Under the pieces are notes generated by a model. That model did not search any database. It was not told where the DNA came from and worked only from the letters and a program-made list of their open reading frames with translations. A DNA stretch of 64,000 nt. Source: Alphaproteobacteria bacterium. GTDB lineage: Bacteria; Pseudomonadota; Alphaproteobacteria; UBA2966. The stretch is from the NCBI GenBank assembly GCA_964291395.2, contig OZ219857.1, forward strand, positions 32,001 through 96,000, written 5' to 3'. Position 1 is the first letter of the stretch, and each line of letters opens with the position of its first letter. Shown piece by piece: positions 44,838 through 59,017 of the stretch. The position numbers were made by a program, and so were the translations under genes.

Positions 44838-44880
44838 CCGCAGCCGTTCGATCAACCGCTCTTACGTCCGGGGCCCCGGT

Positions 44881-45246
44881 TCAGGCGGCCTTGGCGAGCG
44901 CGGTTTCCGCCCGCTCGACCAACGCCTTGAAGGCCTCAGGCTCACGCGCCGCGAGATCGGCAAGAATTTTCCGGTCCACCTCGACACCGGCGAGCTTGAG
45001 ACCGTTCATAAATCGACCGTACGTCAAACCATGCATCCGGGCGGCTGCATTGATACGCTGAATCCACAATGCACGAAAGACGCGCTTGCGGTTGCGCCGG
45101 TCCCGATAGGCGTACTGCAACGCCTTTTCGACCCGTTCCAGGGCGACACGATACGAAGCGTGGCCACGGCCGCGATAGCCCTTGGCTTGCCTGAGTATCT
45201 TTTTGTGGCGGGCGTGCTTGGTAACGCCGCGCTTGACGCGAGCCAC
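44881..45246 (-). CDS. rplT: 50S ribosomal protein L20
   Basis: [26 protein letters not shown] and DRKILA. Confidence 0.98.
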   Translation of the reverse strand: MARVKRGVTKHARHKKILRQAKGYRGRGHASYRVALERVEKALQYAYRDRRNRKRVFRALWIQRINAAARMHGLTYGRFMNGLKLAGVEVDRKILADLAAREPEAFKALVERAETALAKAA

Positions 45247-45257
45247 CGGCGGTCTCC

Positions 45258-45455
45258 TCAGGCGTAAGGAACGAATTTGCGCACGATCTTGGCGTCGGAC
45301 TCGGACATGATCGTGGTACCCCGCTGGTTGCGTATCTGCTTATTGGTGCGCTTGATCATGCCGTGCCGCTTGCCGGATTGATTCATGCGTACCTTGCCCT
45401 TGGCGGTCAGCCGAAACCGCTTCTTGGCGCCGCTCTTGGTCTTGAGCTTTGGCAA
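45258..45455 (-). CDS. rpmI: 50S ribosomal protein L35
   Basis: TTG start; [13 protein letters not shown]...KRHGMIKR. Confidence 0.97.
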   Translation of the reverse strand: MPKLKTKSGAKKRFRLTAKGKVRMNQSGKRHGMIKRTNKQIRNQRGTTIMSESDAKIVRKFVPYA

Positions 45456-45530
45456 CCGCCCTCTCCACGAACCGTTCAGAATGGCGCACGGCGGCATGAC
45501 CGGGATGCACCGGCGGCGCCGCGGCGTGGC

Positions 45531-45559
45531 TTTATAGCCACTGCCCCTCGCCAATGCAA
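45531..45559 (-). promoter_or_regulatory. Sigma70-type promoter for rpmI-rplT
   Basis: TTGCAT-17 bp-TATAAA on the minus strand. Confidence 0.6.
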
Positions 45560-45848
45560 GCAATCCATGTTTCTCCTGGCGATGACAAGCGGGATTATCC
45601 GGTTTTCATAGCACATCGATTGACCGCTTCCGCAGCCGCGGTGCGGACCGTCGCGCAGGCGGGAAAACTGGCTACACGGCTTGGCGAACCGGCCAAATCG
45701 AAAGCAGCGGCCAGCGACAGCATTGGGATCGTCGTCAACGTTCGACAGGCCGCAGCGAGAGGTTTCCATGCCCTCTTCACCCCAGTCCCGGAAACCAAAG
45801 CGGCCGGCTCCCGAAAGGCGGCCCGCCGCCGGAATTCCGATCGGCGGT

Positions 45849-46385
45849 CTACTTCGGCGCCACGACCATCGTCAGAAGCCGTCCCTCCATCTTGGGGAAC
45901 TGCTCCACCTTGGCGATCTCGTCCAAATCCTCGCGAACGCGTTCCAGCACATTCAACCCACGGTCCTGGTGGACCATTTCGCGGCCCCGAAAGCGCAAGG
46001 TCACCTTGACCTTGTCGCCTTCATTGATGAAGCGTTGGATCGAGCGCATCTTGACGTCGTAGTCATGGGACTCAATCCCCGGCCGCATCTTTATCTCTTT
46101 GACCTCGATGGTTTTCTGCTTCTTCCGCGCTACGTTCGCCTTCTTCTGCGCTTCGTATTTATACTTGCCGTAATCGAGGATTTTGCAAACAGGCGGTGCG
46201 GCGTTCGGAGAAAGCTCAACCAAATCGAGCTCTGCCTGTTCCGCCAGTTCAAACGCCTTTTCGACGTTCAGCACTCCAAGATTTTCACCGTTTTGATCGA
46301 TGAGTCGCACCTCGGCGACATCGATCATATCGTTGACACGCGGCCCTTCGCGGGTCGGGGGTGCCATTATGGGTCTTCTTACGAT
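45849..46385 (-). CDS. infC: Translation initiation factor IF-3, likely ATC start
   Basis: [22 protein letters not shown] and FRGRE; GGAGG lies 7 nt upstream of an in-frame ATC at 46385 (alternative ATG at 46367). Confidence 0.95.
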   Translation of the reverse strand: MVRRPIMAPPTREGPRVNDMIDVAEVRLIDQNGENLGVLNVEKAFELAEQAELDLVELSPNAAPPVCKILDYGKYKYEAQKKANVARKKQKTIEVKEIKMRPGIESHDYDVKMRSIQRFINEGDKVKVTLRFRGREMVHQDRGLNVLERVREDLDEIAKVEQFPKMEGRLLTMVVAPK

Positions 46386-46502
46386 CTAAGGGCCTCCAAC
46401 ATTCCCCACCGTACCGCCGGTCTGGCGTCCTCCCCGTCTTCGGCGGCCGAAAGTGGCAATTTCACACACAGGGTCATACACAGCCGCTGCTCCAGTGCCA
46501 AT

Positions 46503-48422
46503 TCAGGCCCCCGGGGCGCGTGCTTCTTCGCTAAGTCTAACTACCGCCTCGTCCAGCGCAAGACTTTGTTGCTCGCGTGATCCAAGGCGCCGAATGGACA
46601 CACTGCCGTCCTCGGCTTCCCGTTTGCCCACGGCGACGATCACCGGAACTTTGGCGTGGCTGTGCAGGCGCACCTTGTAGTTGATCTTTTCTGCCGAGGT
46701 ATCGAGCGTGACGCGCAATCCCGCAGACTCCAGTCTCTCCGCCACCTTGCCGGCGAATTCGTCGCCGTCCCGGGTGATCGTCGTCACGGCCACCTGGACG
46801 GGGGCCAGCCACAAGGGAAATCCACCCGCGTACTGTTCGACGAGGATGCCGATGAAACGCTCGAAGGACCCGAGTATGGCGCGATGCAGCATGACCGGCC
46901 GGTAGCGGACGCCATCCTCGCCCACGTATTCGGCATCCAGCCTCTCGGGCAGCACGAAATCGACTTGCAACGTGCCGCACTGCCATCGTCGGCCGATAGC
47001 GTCGGTGAGCTCAAAGTCGAGCTTCGGCCCATAGAACGCACCGTCACCCGGATTCAACGTGTACGCGATCCCGGCCTCTTCCACCGCGTCCCTGAGCGCT
47101 CCTTCCGCCTTGTCCCAGGTTTCGTCCGACCCCGCGCGGACCTCCGGCCGGTCCGAAAATCGCGCTTGCACTTCCTCGAAGCCGAAGTCCCGGTAAATTC
47201 CCATCAGCAGATCACAGAAGCGGCGGGTTTCCGAGTTGATCTGGTCGTCGGCACAGAAGATATGGGCGTCGTCCTGGACGAAACCGCGCACCCGCATCAG
47301 ACCGTGAAGCGAACCGGAGGGCTCGTACCGATGGCACGACCCGAATTCCGCCATCCGCAGCGGAAGCTCCCGGTAGCTCTTGACTCCCTGATTGAAGATC
47401 TGAACGTGGCAGGGACAGTTCATCGGTTTGAGCGCAAAGATCCGCTCCTCGGATTCCGAGGTGTACATGTTCTCCCGGAACTTCTCCCAGTGGCCCGACG
47501 CCTCCCACAGCGCGCGGTCGACGAGTTGGGGTGTCTTGACCTCGACATACCCTGCGTCCTCGAGCCTGCGGCGCATGTAGGCTTCCACGGTGCGATACAG
47601 TGTCCAGCCTTTGGGATGCCAGAACGCCATGCCGGCCGCCTCTTCCTGGAAATGGAACAGGTCCAATTCGCGTCCCAACCGGCGGTGGTCCCGGCGTTCC
47701 GCTTCCTCGAGCCGATGCAGGTAACCTTTGAGCTCCTTGTGGTTGCGCCACGCCGTCCCGTAGACGCGCTGCAGCATTTCGTTGCGCGCGTCGCCCCGCC
47801 AGTAGGCACCTGCGAGCTTCGTCAGCTTGAAAGCGTGGCCGAGCTTTCCGGTGGACGGCAGGTGAGGACCGCGGCAAAGATCGATGAAATCACCCTGCCG
47901 GTACAGCGTGATCGGCTCACCATCTGGAATCTCGGAGATGATCTCGGCCTTGTAGTGCTCGCCCATCGACCTGAACAGTCCGACGGCCGCGTCGCGTTCC
48001 CATACCTCCCGCACCACTTTTTCGTCCCGGTCGACGATCTCATGCATGCGGGCTTCCATGGCCTCAAGGTCTTCCGGCGTGAAGGGCTCCTCGCGGGAAA
48101 AGTCATAGTAAAAGCCGTCGGCGATCGCCGGCCCGATGGTGACCTGAATCTCGGGATACAGCTCCTTCGCCGCCTCGGCCAGAACATGCGCCGCATCGTG
48201 GCGCAGCAGGTCGAGCACCAGCTCATCGTCATCCTTCAGCGTGACGACAGAAATCTCCACGTCCTCTTCCAACTCGCGGGAGAGATCCCACAGATCGCCA
48301 TCCACCCGGACCGCCAGAGCCGCCTTGGCGAGGCCGGACCCGATATCGGACGCTACCTCCGCGCCGTTCGGCGCCCCGTCGTATCGCCGGACTCGTCCAT
48401 CTGGCATTGTCAGTGCAACCAT
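46503..48422 (-). CDS. thrS: Threonine-tRNA ligase
   Basis: DLCRGPH, GAYWRG, RDHRRLG, KPMNCP, GAFYGPK and [11 protein letters not shown]. Confidence 0.98.
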   Translation of the reverse strand: MVALTMPDGRVRRYDGAPNGAEVASDIGSGLAKAALAVRVDGDLWDLSRELEEDVEISVVTLKDDDELVLDLLRHDAAHVLAEAAKELYPEIQVTIGPAIADGFYYDFSREEPFTPEDLEAMEARMHEIVDRDEKVVREVWERDAAVGLFRSMGEHYKAEIISEIPDGEPITLYRQGDFIDLCRGPHLPSTGKLGHAFKLTKLAGAYWRGDARNEMLQRVYGTAWRNHKELKGYLHRLEEAERRDHRRLGRELDLFHFQEEAAGMAFWHPKGWTLYRTVEAYMRRRLEDAGYVEVKTPQLVDRALWEASGHWEKFRENMYTSESEERIFALKPMNCPCHVQIFNQGVKSYRELPLRMAEFGSCHRYEPSGSLHGLMRVRGFVQDDAHIFCADDQINSETRRFCDLLMGIYRDFGFEEVQARFSDRPEVRAGSDETWDKAEGALRDAVEEAGIAYTLNPGDGAFYGPKLDFELTDAIGRRWQCGTLQVDFVLPERLDAEYVGEDGVRYRPVMLHRAILGSFERFIGILVEQYAGGFPLWLAPVQVAVTTITRDGDEFAGKVAERLESAGLRVTLDTSAEKINYKVRLHSHAKVPVIVAVGKREAEDGSVSIRRLGSREQQSLALDEAVVRLSEEARAPGA

Positions 48423-48489
48423 CCCAACTCCTCACATTGACCGGCGCTCCGGCGCCGGCAAGCGAAACATATGTGCGACAGGTCCGCTG

Positions 48490-48783
48490 TCAAGGACACC
48501 GCAGCCGTCCGGCGGCAAGTCCGCCGTCGCGCCATATCTCATCGACGGACAGATCTTCCGGTCGTTCACCTCGGATCAGGACGACCCGGACACCTTGGGG
48601 AGCACGCAGTGCGGGATCCAAGTCCCGGAAGAACTGCACGACTGTCCGGCAGTTTGCGACATGGGCACGCCGACACACGGACGCGAACCGCGCCAACGAC
48701 GCGCGTCCACCGAGATCGATCGCATCCTTGCGTCGACCGGCGATCTCCGCGGTCACGTGTCATTCCGCGTCAGCCCCGATCAT
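48490..48783 (-). pseudogene. Glycosyltransferase family 9 (heptosyltransferase-like) remnant
   Basis: IGADAE*HVTAEIA...AIDLGGRASLA...CRTVVQFFRDLDPALRAPQG...DLSVDEIW resembles a GT9 C-terminus; in-frame TGA, NDTG motif segment missing, N-terminal domain absent. Confidence 0.6.
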
Positions 48784-50001
48784 TCATGCCGAGACCGACG
48801 GCTCGCTCGTGAGCGACTCGTACACCGCTAGGGTCCGCTCGCACATGAGTTCGACGGTCAGGTTCTCCGCCACGTGGCGGCGCGCCCGCTCCGCGAGGGT
48901 GCGTCGCGTGTCCGCGTCGATGTCGAGAGCCCGACCGAGGGCCCGGGCCAGTGCCTCCGGCTTGCCCGGTGGCACCAGCCATCCCGTCTCACCCGGAACG
49001 ATGGTCTCCCGGGAGGCGCCATGCTCGGTCGCGACCACCGGCCGGCCCATCGCCTGCGCTTCCGCCGTGACCCGGCCGAACGCTTCCGGCTTGGTCGACG
49101 CGGAGACCACCACGTCGGCCAGCATGTAAGCGGCCGGCATGTCACGACAGTGAGGGACGATCCGGACCACGCCCCCCAGTCCGAGGGAATTCGTCAGCTG
49201 CTCCAGCTCACTGCGGTAACGCGTTCGGCCTTGGTCGGAGCCGACGAGCACGCAGCACAGATCGCGGCGCTCCAGCCGAGCCAGCGCCTCGATCAGTACG
49301 GCGTGACCCTTCCATCGGGTCAACCTACCGGGCAGCATCACGATGGGAACGCCGTCGGGCAGGCGCCAGGCGTTGACCAGCTGAATGACCCGCTCCGCGC
49401 TGATGTTCACGGGATCGAAGTTCTCCGTATTGATGCCCCGAGGGATGGTCACCAAGCGTTCGGGCTCAACGCGGTAGACGTCCCTGACGTGACCGGCGAT
49501 GAAGTCCGAGATGGCGATCACGCGCCGGCCCCGCGTCATGACGGAGTTGTACAGCCGCTTCAGACCAGTAGCGCCGTCATACGCGCCATGAAATGTCGTT
49601 ACGAAGTGGGCGCCGGTCCTCCGCGCCGCGAAATCCGCACTCCACGCCGGCGCCCGCGAGCGGGAGTGCACGATGCCGATATCGTAGTCGCGGATGACCG
49701 CCGTCAATTCTCTGGCATTGCGATGCATGACCAGCGGGTTCTTCGAATAGAGCGGCAGTGTAACGTGGCGAACGCCCATCTTCTCCAGATCGTAGACAAG
49801 CGGACCGCCCGCCGAGGCGACGACCGACGCGCCGCCTGCCTGAGCCAGCGCCGTCGCGACGTCCACGGCGCCGCGCGCCACCCCGCCCGGCTCCAGTGCC
49901 GGCAAGATCTGCAGCACCCGAGGCGCGCGTTCGACGCTATCTCCGGACGCCGCTTCTGCAGGCGTAGAGCGCGTGGTAGAGTCGGTCGCCGCTTCCGTCA
50001 T
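48784..50001 (-). CDS. Glycosyltransferase family 4
   Basis: LQILPALEPGG, HSRSRAPAW, PGRLTRWKG and PEAFGRVTAEAQAMG. Confidence 0.92.
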   Translation of the reverse strand: MTEAATDSTTRSTPAEAASGDSVERAPRVLQILPALEPGGVARGAVDVATALAQAGGASVVASAGGPLVYDLEKMGVRHVTLPLYSKNPLVMHRNARELTAVIRDYDIGIVHSRSRAPAWSADFAARRTGAHFVTTFHGAYDGATGLKRLYNSVMTRGRRVIAISDFIAGHVRDVYRVEPERLVTIPRGINTENFDPVNISAERVIQLVNAWRLPDGVPIVMLPGRLTRWKGHAVLIEALARLERRDLCCVLVGSDQGRTRYRSELEQLTNSLGLGGVVRIVPHCRDMPAAYMLADVVVSASTKPEAFGRVTAEAQAMGRPVVATEHGASRETIVPGETGWLVPPGKPEALARALGRALDIDADTRRTLAERARRHVAENLTVELMCERTLAVYESLTSEPSVSA

Positions 50002-50038
50002 TGGAGCGCCCCAACCCCTCGATCCCGTTGCGTTGGAC

Positions 50039-50869
50039 ATGGTCGAGCCGAGCATCTTAACCCGGGCCGACGGGACCACAATCGCCTATCGCACGCATAC
50101 CGGCAAGTCGCCGGGCGTCGTCTTCTGCGGCGGTTTCAACTCGGACATGACCGGCACCAAGGCACTGGCACTGGACACCCATTGCCGGGAAACCGGTCGC
50201 GCCTTCCTCCGTTTCGACTATTTCGGGCATGGCTCGTCTTCCGGAGAATTTCGGAACGGAACGATCGGCCGCTGGAAGGACGATGCCATCGCGGTCATCG
50301 ACGACCTCACCGAAGGCCCTCAGATCGTTGTCGGTTCGAGCATGGGCGGCTGGATCATGTTGCTTGCGGCCCTGGCGCGGCCGTCGCGCGTCGCGGGACT
50401 TCTGGGCATCGCGCCGGCCCCGGATTTCACCGAGGATCTGATGTGGGCCGAGTTCGACGACGGCACACGGGAGATCCTCCAGCGTGATGGCGTCTATCTG
50501 CAACCTTCGGAATACAACAACGAGCCTTACGCCATCACGCTCCACCTGATCGAGGAAGGTCGAAACCACCTGCTCCTCCGGGAGACGGTGAGACTGACCT
50601 GTCCCCTGCGGGTCCTTCAGGGCATGAACGACCCCGACGTTCCCTGGCGCCACGCACTGAGGCTCATCGAGGCCTATGAAGGGGCCGACGTAGAAGTCAC
50701 GTTTGTAAAGGGAGGTGATCATCGATTGTCCGAACCCAACGACATCGCTCGGCTTCTCCGCACGGTCGACGAGCTCGCGGGCATAGTGGAAGGGGTTAAC
50801 CCGCCGCAAGTACGGACAGACCGGCACGGTAGTTCGGGTATCGCAGTGTCACGCCAAGATCTTTCTTGA
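50039..50869 (+). CDS. Alpha/beta hydrolase
   Basis: GFNSDMTGTKA, RFDYFGHG, GSSMGG, D in DPDVP and H in GDHRLS. Confidence 0.9.
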   Translation: MVEPSILTRADGTTIAYRTHTGKSPGVVFCGGFNSDMTGTKALALDTHCRETGRAFLRFDYFGHGSSSGEFRNGTIGRWKDDAIAVIDDLTEGPQIVVGSSMGGWIMLLAALARPSRVAGLLGIAPAPDFTEDLMWAEFDDGTREILQRDGVYLQPSEYNNEPYAITLHLIEEGRNHLLLRETVRLTCPLRVLQGMNDPDVPWRHALRLIEAYEGADVEVTFVKGGDHRLSEPNDIARLLRTVDELAGIVEGVNPPQVRTDRHGSSGIAVSRQDLS

Positions 50870-51668
50870 TGCGATCGTTCCGGACCCGCCGGCACTCTGC
50901 GTAGAAAGACCGCTCAATTTCCGTGAGTTCCGCTTCATCGAACGAGACCAGGGGCGGCACCTCGCACCCCGCGAGGTCGCACGCGAAAGCGACGACATCC
51001 TGAGGGGGCGCCGGTTCGTCGTCACAAACGTTATAGATGGCGCCCGGATCAGGCCGTTCCATTGAAGCGCGCAAGACCTGAACGATATCCGAAACGTGTA
51101 TGCGCGAGAAAACCTGACCGGGCTTGAGGATTCGCCTTGCCGTTCCCCGCCGAGCCGATTCGACCGGATTTCGTCCGGGTCCGTAGATGCCCGCCAGACG
51201 GAAAACGTGAACCGGTACGTTCTTACGCCGACTCAGGTCCAGCCAGGCTCGCTCGGCCGCTGCGCGGCGGATGCTTCGTTCGGTCCCAGGACGGCACTCC
51301 GAAGTCTCGTCGACCCAACCGCCGCGACGATCACCATAAACTCCAACCGTGGAGAGGTAACCGATCCACGACAGGGATTGCATCGATCCGATGTCGGCAC
51401 CATGGCAGTCGAGGACGGGATCGCCCTTCGAATCCGGAGGCACGGAGACGAGCACGTGCGTGACGCCGGCCAATGTCCGCGTCGGCCAAGGCAGAGGACG
51501 ATCCCGGTCGAAGACGTACGTCCGGGTCCCGTCAGATCTGGGTCTGTCGCGAGACCCGTCCCCTCTGGAAGTCCCAGAGATCACCCAGTCCTCGAATGGA
51601 AGCGACGCAGCCAATGCCCGGGCGGTGTAGCCGAGGCCGAAACAGAACATGGCCTTGTCGTTCGTCAC
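50796..51668 (-). CDS. Atypical SDR / NAD-dependent epimerase
   Basis: CFGLGYTA, YLSTVGVYGD, RLAGIYGPGR and SRIHVSD. Confidence 0.88.
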   Translation of the reverse strand: MTNDKAMFCFGLGYTARALAASLPFEDWVISGTSRGDGSRDRPRSDGTRTYVFDRDRPLPWPTRTLAGVTHVLVSVPPDSKGDPVLDCHGADIGSMQSLSWIGYLSTVGVYGDRRGGWVDETSECRPGTERSIRRAAAERAWLDLSRRKNVPVHVFRLAGIYGPGRNPVESARRGTARRILKPGQVFSRIHVSDIVQVLRASMERPDPGAIYNVCDDEPAPPQDVVAFACDLAGCEVPPLVSFDEAELTEIERSFYAECRRVRNDRIKKDLGVTLRYPNYRAGLSVLAAG

Positions 51669-51756
51669 GGAAAACCGTCCATTTTTTCGGAGCCGAGACT
51701 TGCGCCCACTCCCGATCTACTCGACTCTTGGGGTCATGCCAAGGACAGGCTCTCGA

Positions 51757-52539
51757 ATGCGCTTATGGTGCCGGTGGCTTGCGAGAGCCATCCCGGCCGG
51801 AGCCGCATGCGCCTTTGCCGCCGCCGCTTTTATCGGCCCCGCAAAGGCCGCGGTCGATGAGGAACGCTATGCCGCATGTATCGCAAAAATCGAAAGCGAT
51901 CCACGCGATGCGTTCGACACGGCGGTGTTCTGGCGATTCATGGGCGGCGGCATTCCGGCCGCACACTGCGCCGGCTTGGCGCTCATCCGCCTGGGTCAGC
52001 ACAAGTATGGGGCCGAGCGGCTCGAAACCGTGGTCCGCAAGATGCGGAACTCGGACGACTTCAACGAGCCGGCCAAGATCGCCGAAGTCCTGGCACAGGC
52101 CGGGCATGGTTGGATGCTTACAGGCGATCCCGCACGCGCCAGGCATCTGTTCACCAAGGCACTGGAGTTCAAGCCGGGAACCGCAGAGTATTTCGTCGAC
52201 AGATCCCTCGCAGCCATTGACCTTCGGGACTTTCGCGCGGCCGCAGGCGACCTGGATGCAGCGGTCAAGTTCGACCCGGAAAGTACCGATGCTTACGCCT
52301 TTCGCGCCCGAGTTCGCCGAAAACTGGGTGACGTCGAGGGAGCGATCGCCGATGCCGAGCGTGCGGTCTCGCTGGACGCCAACCACGTCCCCGCTTTGCT
52401 CGAACGCGGTTCGCTTCGGCGGCTCATGAATGACAGCGAAGGTGCCCGCGCCGACTGGCAGCGCGTGGTCGAAGTGGCGCCGGACAGCTCCGAGGCGGTT
52501 GCGGCGAAGGCAATGCTCAAGGCTCTCGAAAGCCAATAG
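51757..52539 (+). CDS. Secreted tetratricopeptide-repeat protein
   Basis: Signal-like N-terminus and several 34-aa TPR-like units (A..D...A...DP); start uncertain. Confidence 0.8.
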   Translation: MRLWCRWLARAIPAGAACAFAAAAFIGPAKAAVDEERYAACIAKIESDPRDAFDTAVFWRFMGGGIPAAHCAGLALIRLGQHKYGAERLETVVRKMRNSDDFNEPAKIAEVLAQAGHGWMLTGDPARARHLFTKALEFKPGTAEYFVDRSLAAIDLRDFRAAAGDLDAAVKFDPESTDAYAFRARVRRKLGDVEGAIADAERAVSLDANHVPALLERGSLRRLMNDSEGARADWQRVVEVAPDSSEAVAAKAMLKALESQ

Positions 52540-52549
52540 CGCACGTCTT

Positions 52550-53725
52550 TCATTCAGCCGTTCCGTCCCATTCCGACAACACCTCGGAGTCGCGTTCCGC
52601 CGGGCGAAGCTCGGCACGTTTCGCGCTGAACCTGTCCTCGCCGACGAGCTCCCGGAATGCCCAAACGGCGGCGGCGCGTACCAAGGATGAGGTATCGAAA
52701 AGGCAGGTCTCGACGACCGGAACGGACTGTTCGTTCCCGCTATTGCCAAGCGCGATCAGGACATTGCGGACGAATCGGTCGCGACCCGTACGCTTGATCG
52801 GGGACCTCGAGAACATGTGCCTGAACCGGGTGTCGTCCAGCCGCGCCAACTCCGCAAGGCGGGGAGCGGTCAACTCGGCGCGCGGCAGAAACGCGGCCTC
52901 CCTGGACATGCGCGCGAATTTGTTCCAGGGGCAAACGGCCAAGCAGTCGTCGCACCCGTATATGCGATTGCCCATCGCTTTCCGGAACTCCGCGGGAATG
53001 GCGCCCTTGTGCTCAATAGTCAGATAGGAGATGCAACGCCGGGCATCGAGTCGGTAAGGTGCCGGGAAGGCGGCTGTCGGGCATATGTCGAGGCAGCTTC
53101 GGCAGGATCCGCAGTGATCGGTCTCCGCACGATCCGGCACGAGTTCCAGCGTGGTGAAAATCTCTCCCAGGAACGACCATGACCCCAGCTCTCGGGAGAC
53201 CAGGTTCGTATGCTTGCCTTGCCAGCCGATGCCGGCGGCCGCGGCCAACGGCTTCTCCAGAACCGGTGCGGTATCGACGAAGACTTTCGCCTGCGCCGCA
53301 TGTCGCTCGGAAATCCATCGCGCGAGGCGCTTGAGTTTGGATTTGACGATGTCGTGGTAATCGCGGCCTCGGGCGTAGACCGAGACGGACCCGACATCGG
53401 GCTGACTCAAAAGCGCCAGAGGATCACCGGGAAGGCGGTAGTTTACGCCCACCACGACGATCGACCTGACCTCGGGCCAAAGCGACCGGGGATGCGCGCG
53501 CAACTCGGCCTTGGCAGCCAACCACGCCATGTCTCCGTGCCAGCCCCGATCGATGAAGTCCTGCAGGCGAGACCCCGCATCCCCGATGCCGTCTGGGGTC
53601 GTGATTCCGACGACGTCGAACCCTTCCTCAAGAGCGCGTGCACGGATTTCCGCGCCCGCCGAGATCGGGTCGTGCTCAACTCCGTTCATGTTCCCGTGGC
53701 TATCCCTTAACGGTTCCGTCGCCAC
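52550..53725 (-). CDS. queG: Epoxyqueuosine reductase
   Basis: YARGRDYH, VDTAPVLEK, CGSCRSCLDICPT, CISYLTIE and YGCDDCLAVCPWN. Confidence 0.96.
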   Translation of the reverse strand: MATEPLRDSHGNMNGVEHDPISAGAEIRARALEEGFDVVGITTPDGIGDAGSRLQDFIDRGWHGDMAWLAAKAELRAHPRSLWPEVRSIVVVGVNYRLPGDPLALLSQPDVGSVSVYARGRDYHDIVKSKLKRLARWISERHAAQAKVFVDTAPVLEKPLAAAAGIGWQGKHTNLVSRELGSWSFLGEIFTTLELVPDRAETDHCGSCRSCLDICPTAAFPAPYRLDARRCISYLTIEHKGAIPAEFRKAMGNRIYGCDDCLAVCPWNKFARMSREAAFLPRAELTAPRLAELARLDDTRFRHMFSRSPIKRTGRDRFVRNVLIALGNSGNEQSVPVVETCLFDTSSLVRAAAVWAFRELVGEDRFSAKRAELRPAERDSEVLSEWDGTAE

Positions 53726-53734
53726 ACGGCACGT

Positions 53735-54403
53735 CTAGAAATCCAGATTGCCGTAGTGCTTTGGAGGTGACAATCCCGGAATGTGATCCGCCAACAAACC
53801 CCGAAAGGACGGTCTCGACTTGATACGTGCGTACCAATCCTTGGCCTCGGCATGGTCTTTCCACGGCACATCGCCAAGGTAATCGAGACAGGACAGGTGG
53901 GCGGCGGCGGTGAGGTCGGCAAGGCTCAAATCACTTCCGGCGAGCCAACGGCGCCGATCGGTCAGATAGGCGATGTAGTCCAGATGGTGGTCGATGTTGT
54001 GATAGGCGGCCCGCAAAGCGCCGGAATCGGGCTCTCCCATACCCATGAACCGTTTCGTCACCTTTTCATTCAACAGATGGCGAGTGACCTCGCCGTGAAA
54101 CTTGAGGTCGAACCAGCGCACCAGACGGCGGATTTCAGACTTCTCGCGCGGTGTTCCCGAAATCAACCGCGGTTCAGGACAGGTTTCCTCGAGGTATTCA
54201 CAGATCGCGTCACTTTCGGAAACCACGGCACCATCCCTATCGACGAAGACGGGCACCAGCCCCGTGGGGTTGAGTCTCAGAAACTCCTCGCGCCGTTCCC
54301 AGACAGGCTCGACGACCATCTCGTATTCGAGGCATTTCTCCTCCAACACCAGGCGGACCTTGCGGCAAAACGGTGAGAGCCAGATGTGGAAGAGCCTGCG
54401 CAT
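53735..54403 (-). CDS. GST-family protein, FzlA-like
   Basis: LSPFCRKVRL, LNPTGLVP, ESDAICEYL and WYARIKSRPSFR...HYGNLDF tail typical of alphaproteobacterial FzlA; adjacent to queG. Confidence 0.85.
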   Translation of the reverse strand: MRRLFHIWLSPFCRKVRLVLEEKCLEYEMVVEPVWERREEFLRLNPTGLVPVFVDRDGAVVSESDAICEYLEETCPEPRLISGTPREKSEIRRLVRWFDLKFHGEVTRHLLNEKVTKRFMGMGEPDSGALRAAYHNIDHHLDYIAYLTDRRRWLAGSDLSLADLTAAAHLSCLDYLGDVPWKDHAEAKDWYARIKSRPSFRGLLADHIPGLSPPKHYGNLDF

Positions 54404-54447
54404 GTTGCGCCGATATGGTCGAACGCCAAACGACAAGCGGTTCCTGG

Positions 54448-58998
<4,551 letters not shown>

Positions 58999-59017
58999 AT
59001 CCGCTCCTCCGCCCTAC

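Noticed and set aside
45560-45848. Possible small gene between infC and rpmI
   Set aside because: The short ORFs have no motif or convincing RBS; the region holds a hairpin after infC and adjoins the rpmI promoter.
50796-50869. 74-bp convergent overlap of the hydrolase and SDR 3' ends
   Set aside because: Common in GC-rich genomes; both catalytic cores are complete, so it is most likely stop-codon drift.
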